From the NCBI GenBank assembly GCA_054600435.1, contig BAAIJX010000001.1:248001-312000 (forward strand): a stretch of DNA of 64,000 bases, given 5' to 3'. The number at the start of each line of letters is the position of its first letter. Within the stretch, counting starts at the first letter, position 1. The position numbers were made by a program, and so were the translations under genes. The notes below the pieces were generated by a model. It did no database searches. It was not told where the DNA came from and saw only the letters and a program-made list of their open reading frames with translations. Shown in pieces: positions 12,082 to 23,052 of the stretch. This stretch comes from Neophaeotheca triangularis. Taxonomy: Eukaryota.

Positions 12082-12871
12082 TGCGAGTGTGGTAATGCTT
12101 GCTTGTCCACAGTGCTACGAACGGATCGGTGTCGATGGCGGAGTCAGTGGCGCAAAAGCGACGCAAGGGCAGGGTGGGTCATTGTGGGAAGTGGTTCAGG
12201 GATGCCACTGCCAGACGCTAGTATGAAAAGGGGATGGCAGGTTGGTGTTGCTTTTCGTCAGACGTTCTTCAAGCGCTCGCTCGGTTTCTTCCGAACCGAC
12301 ATGCATCAGTGGCGGGAGTTTTACAGGCGCTCTTTCTGTCCATATCATGGCAGATGATGTGATTTTTTTGGGTTTTTTTGGCGGGAAGCATCTGCTTGAA
12401 AGGCTGGGTTTCAACCTTTTCCATGTACACAAGTTCTATCAAACAAGCTACCGTAGCAGCTTTTCATCAGACTTGGGTACTATTCACACACTTGGGGATA
12501 TCGTGGCAATGGCTGGAAGAGGCAGAAGGAATTGTGTCAGCGGGTTTGCTTGATGCGACAGTGAAGTTGAAGATGGAGAGCTTTTGCATACCATTTCGGC
12601 ATATGAACATTTCCTACGCGGTTTGTCCACCCGCCTGCGCCGCCCCGCTGTCTTCTGCGCCTAAAACGCCTGTCGTTGTGTCCGCACGTTCGCGCGAAGT
12701 GGTATTTCCATCGGGTCCATGCAGCTCTCACAAAGTCCCGCCGCTGTAATCCACCAACTGCCACATGTGCCGAAGGAAAAAAGTGATGTGCCGCTTGAAG
12801 AAGAAGAAGAAGAAGAAGAAGCAGGAGAGCTCAACCGTTCCCTCCCTCACTCTCCCTCTCACTCCCTCGCT

Positions 12872-13370
12872 TCAAGTCAACACAACAATAATAACCCCAT
12901 CTCCGCGCAAAAAGAGCTTGGAAATGAAGCGATCCTTGTTGACGGGCCTGCCCTTTTTGCCCTGCGCATTGCGCGGCGTCTCGGTCCACATTTCCTTGAC
13001 GTTCTCGAGAATCATGTTGAAGTGGCGGTCGAAGGCGCGCACGCGCGCCAGCATCTTGCGGTTGTTGCGCAGCGAGATGAGCACTTGGGTGTGGTTGCGG
13101 ACGGCGGTTTGGAGCACGCTCAGGGGCCCGACGGTGAATTCGTGCGTCTCGAGGAGGGAGAGCTCGTACTCGCTGGGGGAGGGGGGGTTAGTGGTGGTTC
13201 GGGGAAGGGGAAAGGGGTGTTGGCGGTTTTGGGACTTACGTGAGCTCCTGGCGCGACTTCTGCTGCAACTCTCTGATCTTCTCTTCAGCACTCATCCTCA
13301 CTGGTTTGGGGATAGAGGGGTTAGAGGGGGATGCAATGGGGTCGTCATACTGAATCTTTGCTTCAGACAT
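12872..13370 (-). CDS. SMD2: Small nuclear ribonucleoprotein Sm D2; exons 13370-13351, 13272-13240, 13172-12872 (alternative in-frame ATG at 13295)
   Basis: [80 protein letters not shown]...[18 protein letters not shown]. Confidence 0.95.
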
Positions 13371-13666
13371 ATTGCCTGATGTTCCTCTCGTACAGGGTTT
13401 GGTAGGTTGGTTGAGGGCACGCTTGGATTGTTCGGTAGGATGGATGCGCGAAAGTGTGTTATGCGCAGGCGAAAAGAGAAATGTTTGGGTACCTAGGTGA
13501 ACTTGGGAAGCTCCAGGTTGACTTGCAGTCGCAAAAGCTGGAGACATTCGACATTCGCGAACGCGGGAGCTGCCGTCTGTCCTGCCAAGCTTCTCTCGCT
13601 GCCTTATGTCATCTTTCAAACAACCTGAGCCTTAAGTTACTAGTAATAATAAGTAAGTACGACCCG

Positions 13667-13682
13667 ACGCGATTGAACGCGT
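13667..13682. promoter_or_regulatory. Paired MCB-like elements (ACGCGA, ACGCGT) in the SMD2/Ams2 divergent promoter
   Basis: Motifs seen directly. S. pombe ams2 is a known MBF target. Confidence 0.55.
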
Positions 13683-14045
13683 GAGAGATGCGCTACTGGC
13701 ACGAGCTTCTACTAGCACTTCCAACCACCGCGACAACATCCGTGTCCTACCTACAATACCATCTCCCATTCCACCGCCCATACCTTTCATTCTTCCCTTC
13801 CTCTAACAATCACTTATGATTAACTAATACCGCAGTCGCCTGGAAGCCACCAATCACTTCGCTCCAGGCACCAACACTCGTCGTTACCGCTCACCTTCAA
13901 ACGCTTCTCCGACACACCCTCACAACGACAACACCTCCACAGTATGCTGTAGCACGGACAGTACATCTGAGCCCGGCAACGAGGCATATCTACCTCCTAC
14001 ACTTCGACTTCGAACCCTCTTCTCGAAACAATATCCACCTCCAAA

Positions 14046-17000
14046 ATGGACGTCTCAGTCGGCGGTGGAAACCCGTTCGGGGACATACCCACGCGTGCCA
14101 TGCGAGTGAAGATTCTCTACACCTTTGACAATGAAAACAAGACGAATTGCCTGGCCCGCTTCCCGGACATCCTTCAAGTGCCTGCTGTACCGGTTGACGA
14201 AAACACGCAAATTGGAGTAATCGAGCTCCGACAATGCATACAAGCAATCGTCTCTGCCTCGCCGGAGTTAATCTCGCGCTTGACTCAAGGTGACTTTACA
14301 ATCTATGCCTACGACTACAGCGAGTATGAGACGCCTTTGGTAGGACAGGGGATGCTATCGTCGCTGCTTGCGGCATCCTCGCCGACACCTTCCGCGCCCG
14401 CGCATCAGAGCAAAACAATGATCACGGGACGCGTCTGCAAGAACATCATGGCCCTCTTCAATAACGGTGTGAGTGAGACTTTGGAGGTCAAGTTGAGGCT
14501 GGTACCGGTGCCCAAACCTGTGCAGTTCGACTTCCTCAAAAGCATGGAGGTTTTCAGGAACCTGTCACCTGCCATGTCTGGAGGCTTCGACCCGAATGCT
14601 TGGACTTCATCCATTCAGCAGAACCAGGCTCAATCGCACAACAGCGAATACTTCACCCTCGAGGACACGGATCAGGGCAATGATCAGAGAACGGCGCAGA
14701 TGGTTGACGAGATCTTTGGCAAGGGTTCGGGGAGCGGCGGGAGTACTGGTGGGCGTGAATATTCTGCGGGTGTGGAAGCGTCCCAGACCCCGACCGATTC
14801 TGGCTACGCTGGTTTCAACCCCGCCTTTGCCACGCAGTCTCACAGCGCTCCAGGCAGCCGTGCTGGGAGTCCAATAGTGGTGCCCGAAAGCAACAACTTC
14901 AACAGCAACTTACGTCATCAGAGCTTCAACGGCCATACAACAAATTATGCGGATCAGTCTCGGCCCGCTTCTCGCGCTAGTGTTCAAAGTGAAGGTCGCG
15001 CATCTCAAGGTAAACGACCAGCACCAGCTCAGTCGCCTCAACCTACCCAACAACCCAAACCACAGGATGAGACTTATTTCAACGAAGATGGGACGCAGCG
15101 CAAACGTGCCAAAGTTATGCAGACCGACTGGCGTGGCAGGTCTTCTTTTGGCGGAAAGTCCTCGGATCTTCGTGTCACTGCTGCCACAGCTGCTTCAGTG
15201 CACATGCACCGCCCTATTGCCACGAAACCTAACGCGCCTGGCAGTAACTTGGAGCCACCGCCTCGCGTTCCCACCCCTGTGCCGCAACTCAACCGAACAC
15301 TTCAAGGCAAAAACAGGCCCACGGCTCAGCCAAGAAGTCTGCTTCGCCAAGCTTCCATGCCTGAATCGGAGTACGGCTCGGAGGGCGAGATAATGTCTGA
15401 TGCACTAATGAGCTCGCCAGAAGAAGGGTCGCAAGATGGCAGTTCGGCCGGCGACCCTAGCCCACAGGACATCCCATCGTCGCCTCCTATTTTCGCTGGC
15501 AACACCACACCTCAGCCAAGCAGCCCCGGCTTGCCGACACTGCAGACCGCGACTCAGCGCATGGCTGACAGCGGTTACATGTCAGGCGACTTTGCGAATC
15601 TGGATGAAAATGAAGATTGTAGCCCGGAGGGTCAAGGCCTAGGACCACCAGCGCGTTACCAGTCGCGAGACCAGCAGACTTTTATTAAGAGCGAAGGGTT
15701 TTCTGGTGTTGGACAGCCTAGTGGCTATGACAACGTGCCTGGAAGCGATGCGACATTACCCCTGTTCGAGCAACAGCAGCGAGGGGGTTCGGTAGGGCAC
15801 GCGAGGCCGCAAGGCCAGCAGGGAAATAGCGTCTCTTTTCCGCCTCAGCCTCAGACTACCGCTTCGCGGCCAACTCTTCAGCATACAGCCACCGCTCCAC
15901 AGCCTGCGTCTCAACAATTCGGTTCAGAACCGCCACCATCTCGGCGAGGCTCACTCGCCCTTCCAACCAAGCCTGTCCCCGCGGGTATGCAGGTGGCGCC
16001 TGTCCAATCGCTTCAGGCTGCCAGCAAACCGATTATGCGACGTGCCTATACCACTGCTAATCACTCTGAAGCAGGGTCTCCTGCACCCAGTGATACCGAG
16101 AGCATTACCTCAAGGGCCCCGATACGCGCAGGATCTGTAATTGGTAATGCGGGCTCTGGAACTACCCGTCGGAGACTTCTTGAGCAGCGTCTTGAAAACT
16201 GCGTAGCTAGGGGCGAGATGCCACGCTTTTGTCAGCACTGTGGTGCCATCGAAACTCCGACATGGCGAAAAATATACGTTGAAGAGTTCGCTGGCAAGCC
16301 CTCCCCACTGGACTATGTTGAGGGCGAGAACGAAACCATTGGCGTTGAAATTGTCGAACGCGATGGGCGAGGGGAGTCGACTAAGTATGTGATTCGCAAG
16401 TCTATGAAAAGGACAAAGAGTCGCCAGCCGGGCCAGGGCGCACAAGAGCTACTTGTCTGCAATCCCTGTGGCTTGTGGTTCAACAAGAATAAGAACATGA
16501 GACCGTCGGACAAATGGGGCCGCAGAGTCAAGACCAGGCAAAGCAAGAGACACATGCCTAACAGCGGCTTTGGTTCTGGCTTTGCAACCGATGGTTTTGA
16601 GCCGCCGTCTGATGCCTTCTTCACGGATCAAATCATGCCCGAGGAGCCTCTTGTCGCAAGCCACGTCAGCATTGATCCTAATCTCATGGGCGGTCCCGCG
16701 CCTGGTACAGCTACTGCTCCGGTAAATGCTCTCCCACCAGCACCGACCCAGCGGCCTCGCGCCAATAGCTTGCAGGCACAGCAGTCTCGCCCCTTAAGCG
16801 AGGACGCGAAATGGAACGGAGCTCAGCGCGATGCTGCGTTGGCTCGCGCCATTCAATCAAGCCCTGCTCGGTTTCAGGGGTCACAACAGTCGCCAATCGA
16901 GGTAGAGGATCTAACCCCCAAGCCTACCCGTCGTCTATTGTTTCCATCGCCACGCAACGAAGAGCACATCAAGAGCCTAGACGATAGCCATATACCTACC

Positions 17001-17774
17001 CGCAAATCGGCCTCGCCCACGGATGAGAAGCTGCTGCGCGCAAGCGACAAGCCATTCGTACAGACCAAGGATCTTGACGAGTTCGCTACGAACGGAAATG
17101 AAGGTGTCTTCGATACCTTCACCATGCACGATAAAGAAAATATGCCTCCGCCTGTAGATGCAGACGATGATGACTTTTCACACCTCTTCGACGGCTCGCC
17201 GACCAACCTCTTCAAGACACCGCGCAAGACGCCACCTTCAAAACAGACCCCTCGTGCTTCGCAACGTAATGTGGACAACTTGCTTAAGACTCCCACGCCC
17301 GCGAGCCGTAAACGCAAGCCGCTCACCCCATCGGCCGCAGCCGCCAACAACGCGACGCTCTCCAACCCAGCCAACGACTTCATGACCTCGCCGGCAACCG
17401 CACGATACTTTCTGCGCTCCACGCCGACACGTGCCGCTAACACACCTTCCTCCCGCCGCAGCGCTAATAACAACGGCGACGACAGCAATGCTAATTTCGA
17501 TTTCATGGTATCCCCCTTTTCGCGCCATTTGCAGCAAATGCTCAGCGAGCAGAACAACAGCCAAAGCAGCGATGGCGTAGGCGAATCCACCAGTCCAAAC
17601 CGAGGCGGTGGTTTCGACTTTAGTGATATGCCGAATTTTGATACTCCCGGGCGGTTAGCGGAGGGCGTGGATTGGGAGGGTTTGGAGGGGCTTTTGGGTA
17701 GTAGCGAGTTCAATGCTCTGGACAGTGGGGATGGGGCGCATGGTCAGAGCGAAGGTGCTCAGCAGGGTGCGTAG
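14046..17774 (+). CDS. Ams2/Spt21-family GATA-type transcription factor
   Basis: N-terminal MRVKILYTFDNENKTNCLAR...YAYDYSEYETPLVGQGML domain. Split GATA finger CQHCGAIETPTWR...CNPCGLW. PKPTRRLLFPSP and DKENMPP (KEN box) motifs. Confidence 0.88.
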   Translation: MDVSVGGGNPFGDIPTRAMRVKILYTFDNENKTNCLARFPDILQVPAVPVDENTQIGVIELRQCIQAIVSASPELISRLTQGDFTIYAYDYSEYETPLVGQGMLSSLLAASSPTPSAPAHQSKTMITGRVCKNIMALFNNGVSETLEVKLRLVPVPKPVQFDFLKSMEVFRNLSPAMSGGFDPNAWTSSIQQNQAQSHNSEYFTLEDTDQGNDQRTAQMVDEIFGKGSGSGGSTGGREYSAGVEASQTPTDSGYAGFNPAFATQSHSAPGSRAGSPIVVPESNNFNSNLRHQSFNGHTTNYADQSRPASRASVQSEGRASQGKRPAPAQSPQPTQQPKPQDETYFNEDGTQRKRAKVMQTDWRGRSSFGGKSSDLRVTAATAASVHMHRPIATKPNAPGSNLEPPPRVPTPVPQLNRTLQGKNRPTAQPRSLLRQASMPESEYGSEGEIMSDALMSSPEEGSQDGSSAGDPSPQDIPSSPPIFAGNTTPQPSSPGLPTLQTATQRMADSGYMSGDFANLDENEDCSPEGQGLGPPARYQSRDQQTFIKSEGFSGVGQPSGYDNVPGSDATLPLFEQQQRGGSVGHARPQGQQGNSVSFPPQPQTTASRPTLQHTATAPQPASQQFGSEPPPSRRGSLALPTKPVPAGMQVAPVQSLQAASKPIMRRAYTTANHSEAGSPAPSDTESITSRAPIRAGSVIGNAGSGTTRRRLLEQRLENCVARGEMPRFCQHCGAIETPTWRKIYVEEFAGKPSPLDYVEGENETIGVEIVERDGRGESTKYVIRKSMKRTKSRQPGQGAQELLVCNPCGLWFNKNKNMRPSDKWGRRVKTRQSKRHMPNSGFGSGFATDGFEPPSDAFFTDQIMPEEPLVASHVSIDPNLMGGPAPGTATAPVNALPPAPTQRPRANSLQAQQSRPLSEDAKWNGAQRDAALARAIQSSPARFQGSQQSPIEVEDLTPKPTRRLLFPSPRNEEHIKSLDDSHIPTRKSASPTDEKLLRASDKPFVQTKDLDEFATNGNEGVFDTFTMHDKENMPPPVDADDDDFSHLFDGSPTNLFKTPRKTPPSKQTPRASQRNVDNLLKTPTPASRKRKPLTPSAAAANNATLSNPANDFMTSPATARYFLRSTPTRAANTPSSRRSANNNGDDSNANFDFMVSPFSRHLQQMLSEQNNSQSSDGVGESTSPNRGGGFDFSDMPNFDTPGRLAEGVDWEGLEGLLGSSEFNALDSGDGAHGQSEGAQQGA

Positions 17775-18220
17775 GGAGCTTTTGGGAATGTGGTGGGCTG
17801 GATACCCAATTTAGGTAGTGCTTTGCCTTGCGAGAGGCTGGTTTTGGGAAGACGGGAGCGGAGCTTGCTTTTGGCTGCTCTTGCTTGAGTTGCGTTTGCG
17901 CCTAGGTTAGCTTGGTAGACATACTGTTCTCATGGGAGCAACTATTGTGCAGTACACGCCACATCTCGATTTTCAGCTTCTTAAGGTACTCGAAAAACTT
18001 TTGCGGTTCACCTCGAAGAGCGGAGCAGTCGTTCTAGGGTAAGAGTTTGAGTCGGCATTGTTCTCAACCTCGGCATATTGGCAGCTCGTCGACTTGAATC
18101 GGACTTCATGTTTGTTCGGTTAGGTTGTTTTGCTTCTTTCTAATAGACGGTGATTAAAGGTTCGACTGCGAAAAGTAAGAGTTTACAGAATATATCGGGC
18201 TCTGTTCTCACAGAGTAGCC

Positions 18221-18898
18221 ATGGCATCGCAAGCAGAATTGAAGAAACGGCAGAGGAGTGACTATGGCTTTCATCTTGATTATCGGCTACGATGGTATGC
18301 GGAAACAACCCTCGAACGACCGTTGCAACATGCTCATTTGCAAACGGAAGACATCCCGCACATGCATGGCTCGGAAAACACATTAACGTGATACCTTCAA
18401 CCAGGAGCGACAACGACATGTACGACCACAGTACGCGCCCCGCAACCACCCCACCCCAACCCGCCACCCACCCAATCTAGCCCCGACCCCATCTAACCAA
18501 ACCCCCGAAACGCAGTGAACAACTCCTACTACTACCTCCTCTTCGACAGCATCGTCAACACCTACCTCTCCACCCACTGCTCACACGACCCACCCACCTC
18601 CCGCCAAATCGGTCTCGTCGTCCACAGCCATTGCGATTACTTCGCGCCCTTGGGTTTCCCCGCTGTCGCGGAACTAGGGCTGCGCGTCAACAAGCTCGGC
18701 AAGAGCTCCGTGACTTACGAGATTGCGGTTTGGGAAAAGGGAGGTGTGGGGGCGGTTTGTGCTGTGGGTGAGTTTGTGCATGTTTTTGTTGAGAGGGAGG
18801 GACGGAGACCGGGGAGGGAGGGGATGGGGGAGGAGTTGAGGGTGGGGTTGGCGAGGTTGTTGAACGGGGGTGCGGGTGAAGGGAGGGCGAAGCTTTGA
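18221..18898 (+). CDS. 4HBT/hot-dog acyl-CoA thioesterase with C-terminal PTS1 (AKL); exons 18221-18294, 18405-18430, 18516-18898
   Basis: Spliced YRLRWSDNDMYDHMNNSYYYLLFDS...LRVNKLGKSSVTYEI...VHVFV...AKL*; 160 aa. Confidence 0.9.
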
Positions 18899-18952
18899 GA
18901 GAGAGGGTGTGTTAGGGTTGGGTTGGGTTGGGCTTGTGGTAGCTGTCTAGAT

Positions 18953-20686
18953 CTAGCGTATTGAGGCGTTTTTGGCAGCGGTGACTTCTTCGCTCGGGTA
19001 GCCTCGTGGGCGCATGTCTTCTACGGGTCTTCCCTCCCGCTGGCTTAGAACGTCGAGGCCGTTGCGGCGGTGCAGGTCGCGCTCCAATGGGTCTGGAAGG
19101 CGGTAGACGGGTTGAACTTCGCTCTGCTCTTTACGTTCGGCGCCTGTGCCCTTTTTCTCGCCGCGTTTTTCTTTGCCCACAAGCGATCGGGCCGTGGGGC
19201 AGAGCCAGATGCTGGGCCAGGCGCTTTCGTCGAGGTCGTCGAAGGTTTCGAGGAATGTTTCGATTTGCTTTACGACGGTGCGGTTGGAGGTTATGGTTGT
19301 CCGGTTGTTGGCCCAGCCGTGGAAGAAGACGGAAACGTTGATGTCGGTCATTTGCTCCTTGAGCTTCGACGCTTGCGCAGGGATGATGGACGAGCCGGAG
19401 TCGGCTGCGCACTGGTCTACGATCCGGAGAGGTAGTTGCCAGTCGGATGGTACAGGGTAGGCGGACCATGATTGCATCTCTTCGATGAGCTGCTCGCGAG
19501 ATTTAGTGTCGTCGTCGCCCATCATGATCGCTGTACGTGCGCGCTCCGAAGCCGTACCGATAGTGTCTACAATCTCGCGCATACGTACTGCAGCTTCCTT
19601 GGTCGTCACAAGCGCGTGGCTACCGAGTGCTGGATAAAGAAGGCTAGGTAGTAAATTTTCGTTGTCTTCAATCTCAACTTGTCGTTGCAAAGACCGGTGG
19701 AACCAGGGCTCTTTCGAAACGCGAGCGTGCGAAAATTCTGAGACCAGTGCTAGGAGTATTGTGCAATCGACGTTAAGCGTGGGTGTAAAAATAGTCATCG
19801 GGTCCGGCACCATGCTCGATTGTGCTTCATAGATCGATGGTATCGACGGATCAAGGTCTGGCCCGCAATGCAAAACGACCCCCATTGAGCGACACCGATC
19901 AAGCGTCTTGTCGATTTGTGGTGTCTTGCCAGGTTGTATTCTGGGTAGGATGAAGTGCACAACTGGATTCGTAGTCCGTATTCGACAAGCACTGGCTGCC
20001 TTGACAAGCTCCTTTGCGGTCTTTAGCAATGGAATCTCGTTGTCATCGTCTTCTACTTTGGAGTCTCCGAACGATCCAGTCGCTTGATCGTCGTCCTCAC
20101 TATCTTCATCCCCTGAATGCCAACCGAGCTTAGCCAGATCGAAAAGGAGTCTGACATTGTTGAGCAACGAGACTTTGACCCAGTATCGACCGCCGTCTCC
20201 GATGGAGTCGACGACCACACTTTCCTGCTTTACACCCTTGGCTTTCGCTCCTTTGATCCTCGCGCGGCGGCCCACAAGTTCCAGACTCCGCATGCCCTGT
20301 GAAAGCCGCTCCTCATCACTGCCTCCGCCGAAATGGATCCGTTTCTGCAAGGCAATCAAATTCCGGGATCGCTTCGCAGACGTCCACACAGTCTCCAGAA
20401 AGGGCAAGTTCGAAGACCTCGTTACATGCGTGATTGCAGTATTGGAGGTATCTGGCTTCTGTGCCAACCGTTTAAGCATCGCCAATTCGGATTGAACATT
20501 CCCTCGAAATGTAGCGATCTCGACAGTAGTCTGCTGCCTCACTCTTTGTAGGTATTGCTTAAAAGCCTCGAGCTCTGAGAGCAGGGTTTCAGCCCTACGC
20601 ACAAGGTTCTCAAGAGTGGGAAATGTATCTGCGGATGATTGTTTGGTCTCATCGTTCGCATGAGGTTCGCCATCTTGCTGATCCAT
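18953..20686 (-). CDS. DUF1308 / UPF0415 (C7orf25-like) protein
   Basis: Intronless ORF with SSNLPFLETVW, DGGRYWVKVS, TLNVDCTILLALVSEFSH and TARSLVG motifs. The likely start is MDQQ at 20686. Confidence 0.75.
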   Translation of the reverse strand: MDQQDGEPHANDETKQSSADTFPTLENLVRRAETLLSELEAFKQYLQRVRQQTTVEIATFRGNVQSELAMLKRLAQKPDTSNTAITHVTRSSNLPFLETVWTSAKRSRNLIALQKRIHFGGGSDEERLSQGMRSLELVGRRARIKGAKAKGVKQESVVVDSIGDGGRYWVKVSLLNNVRLLFDLAKLGWHSGDEDSEDDDQATGSFGDSKVEDDDNEIPLLKTAKELVKAASACRIRTTNPVVHFILPRIQPGKTPQIDKTLDRCRSMGVVLHCGPDLDPSIPSIYEAQSSMVPDPMTIFTPTLNVDCTILLALVSEFSHARVSKEPWFHRSLQRQVEIEDNENLLPSLLYPALGSHALVTTKEAAVRMREIVDTIGTASERARTAIMMGDDDTKSREQLIEEMQSWSAYPVPSDWQLPLRIVDQCAADSGSSIIPAQASKLKEQMTDINVSVFFHGWANNRTTITSNRTVVKQIETFLETFDDLDESAWPSIWLCPTARSLVGKEKRGEKKGTGAERKEQSEVQPVYRLPDPLERDLHRRNGLDVLSQREGRPVEDMRPRGYPSEEVTAAKNASIR

Positions 20687-21033
20687 TTTGGCGTATTGGC
20701 GTGTTGGGTTGATATCTTGAGTTTTAGGCAGTCCAAACGTCGAGTTTCCCTGGTCAACGATACTGAATGAAGATCGTGATGAGTATATCACAGGGTGGTT
20801 TCATCAATCAGTCCCGAATTAGTTTCTTGCGTGTTCTCCATGCCATGACTGTAATGTCTGCTTCTCGAGTCTTCTTCACCGGACTCCTCCAGTATTACCT
20901 TTCTCAGCTAACGTCTCGCTAAGCACGGATCATCCCGATGTCTCAGCTTGGCAGGCCCAAACGACCACCTGCACCCAGCATTAACAATTGAAGATTGATA
21001 ATCTGACGGCTGTCAAGCTATACGACACACAAA

Positions 21034-21644
21034 ATGCCGTACTTTGAGACTGCGGACGAGTGGCAGAGGCAATCGGCGCTATTGCTCCAAGCCCGGCCAA
21101 CTACGGTGCGTAAGTAGAGTCTTTGCGCCGTATGAAATGTGCCTGTCTAATCAATCTGAAAGGCCCGCATCACCACCAAATACAAGCTGCCGAACCTGAG
21201 TGAGCCGAAATACCAAAAGGAGAAGAAGCGGAAGAGGATAGCCGAAGGGGATGGGAAAGATGCCAACCCAGCGGCCAAGGTGCCAAAGGCCGAGTTTAAG
21301 CTGAAGACATATTGCCCTGAGTCTGGAGTCTGTCTTCAGTTCAAGACGGACAAGGCTGCCGATGTAGGGCGTCTCATCACTGGGTTAGGGAGACTGGGGA
21401 GGCATATGGCTGCGTTGCCCGAGCAGACAGAGGGTACGGTACACGATAAGGACGTGGAGAAATGACCCGTAATGCTGACAATGCGGCAGATGTTTCAATG
21501 GACGACGCGATACCTACAGACCAAAAAGAGACCAAGGCTGTATCTGCACAGGACCAGAAAAGCTCAGCAACCGACAACAAACCACAAACCAATGCAGGCA
21601 GTGGAGGAGGGGCTGGGAAGAAGAAGAAGAAGGGCAAGAAATAG
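21034..21644 (+). CDS. SRP21: Signal recognition particle subunit SRP9/SRP21; exons 21034-21105, 21163-21433, 21490-21644
   Basis: MPYFETADEWQRQSALLLQARPTT|ARITTKY...LKTYCPESGVCLQFKTDKAADVGRLI...KKKKKGKK. Confidence 0.9.
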
Positions 21645-23028
21645 AGCAGATGCTACACGACTTAGGATAAAGACCACGAAAACATCTGGCCTAAGTGACC
21701 AAAAGAAGATGCTCGACATCAAAAGCAAAGGTGGACAAATCTACAACCAAGGTCGCGACCATCGAAGCAAGCAAAAGTCCGTGACACTGGAGCTCGAATG
21801 CTGGGCGATATTGAGGTACTCCCCAGAGCGCTTCAACCAGCAAGTCAAGTCAGTCAGTCCTCGCCCATGTTCACGAAAACAAGTGGGCTTCCAGTACCGA
21901 CATCACGATCATACGTGGAATGTGAAGCAAGTTTACGTCTTGGGTCAAGTATCATGGAAACTCGCTATGAACCGACATAGCCAAGACCTCTTTGCCTTGT
22001 AGCAGCCTTGTCGGCGGACGCAAATGGTCATGGCAGATTCTGCGTTCATACAGGCTCTTTTTAGCGGTCACTACTGCATTCTCTTCTCCAGCATAAAGCA
22101 GCGCCATGTTCCGCGGCCAGGCTTTGCATCCTGCTATGTGGATCTCGAGTGCATTGTTATGCCTAGGCTTCCCTCCCCCATGCTTGTTATGATGCAGGGC
22201 TCTTCCCACCGTTGCCCACCATTGATACGCGATTCGCCCGGGTCATACCGTCTTGTGCAAGTCGCTTGCTCGGTATACTGCGGAATAGGCTCCGACGCAT
22301 TGGGAAGCGTCTCATCAAAACCTGCTACCAGCCTAATAAAGGAGCGAGGGGACCCACGGGGGCCACCTCTTGCAGTAGCAATTTCAAGTATGCGTGCTAT
22401 TGGGACTGCCGTGAGTCAAGGAGCCCTGCAGCATGGATCCTCCTCCTACGTAGTAGTAGTGGGATTCCGTCAGGCACGCAGCAGAATTCGGACATGGCGG
22501 GGCAGCAAAGCTGGGGAGCTTTACGAGAGCTCCAAGCGAATACCTACAGTAGCAACTTACTCGGTGGGGCACGCAAAGCTGGCGAGGCCCCTCCTCCAAT
22601 CAACTTTACACGGCCACTATTATCGATGAGCGACTTCACTACTGTCGATGGACGTAATATTGCATAAACATCTAAGTTACATCTTCGCGAGCACACCACT
22701 GCACAATCATTATTATTGGCGCATGATCCAGACAACAACGCAAGGCGAATCCACGCAGACGTCAGATCTCACTTAAACGCCATTTTGACATACAGCGTGC
22801 AGCTCGACAGCGGAAGCGAAGCTCATTTGCTGGCACCTGTTAACTCGGGCACGGCAGCGCTTTGAGAAGGGCTGATCGATGATGAGAACGCCACCCGTAG
22901 AGCGTTGCGACGCTGCCGTAGCCTGCAGCAATTTCATCGACGCGAGAGAGCAGTCACAGTGGTCAGCTGGACACTTTCGCCACCGTCGCTACGAGAGCGT
23001 TCATCCTTGCCACGTATGATGAAGTCCA

Positions 23029-23052
23029 TACATACATACATACATACCTACC
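23029..23052. repeat. (TACA)n microsatellite
   Basis: tacatacatacatacatacctacc. Confidence 0.8.

Noticed and set aside
22024..22667. 150-200 aa ORFs in the long intergenic region
   Set aside because: No codon bias, motifs or splice structure.
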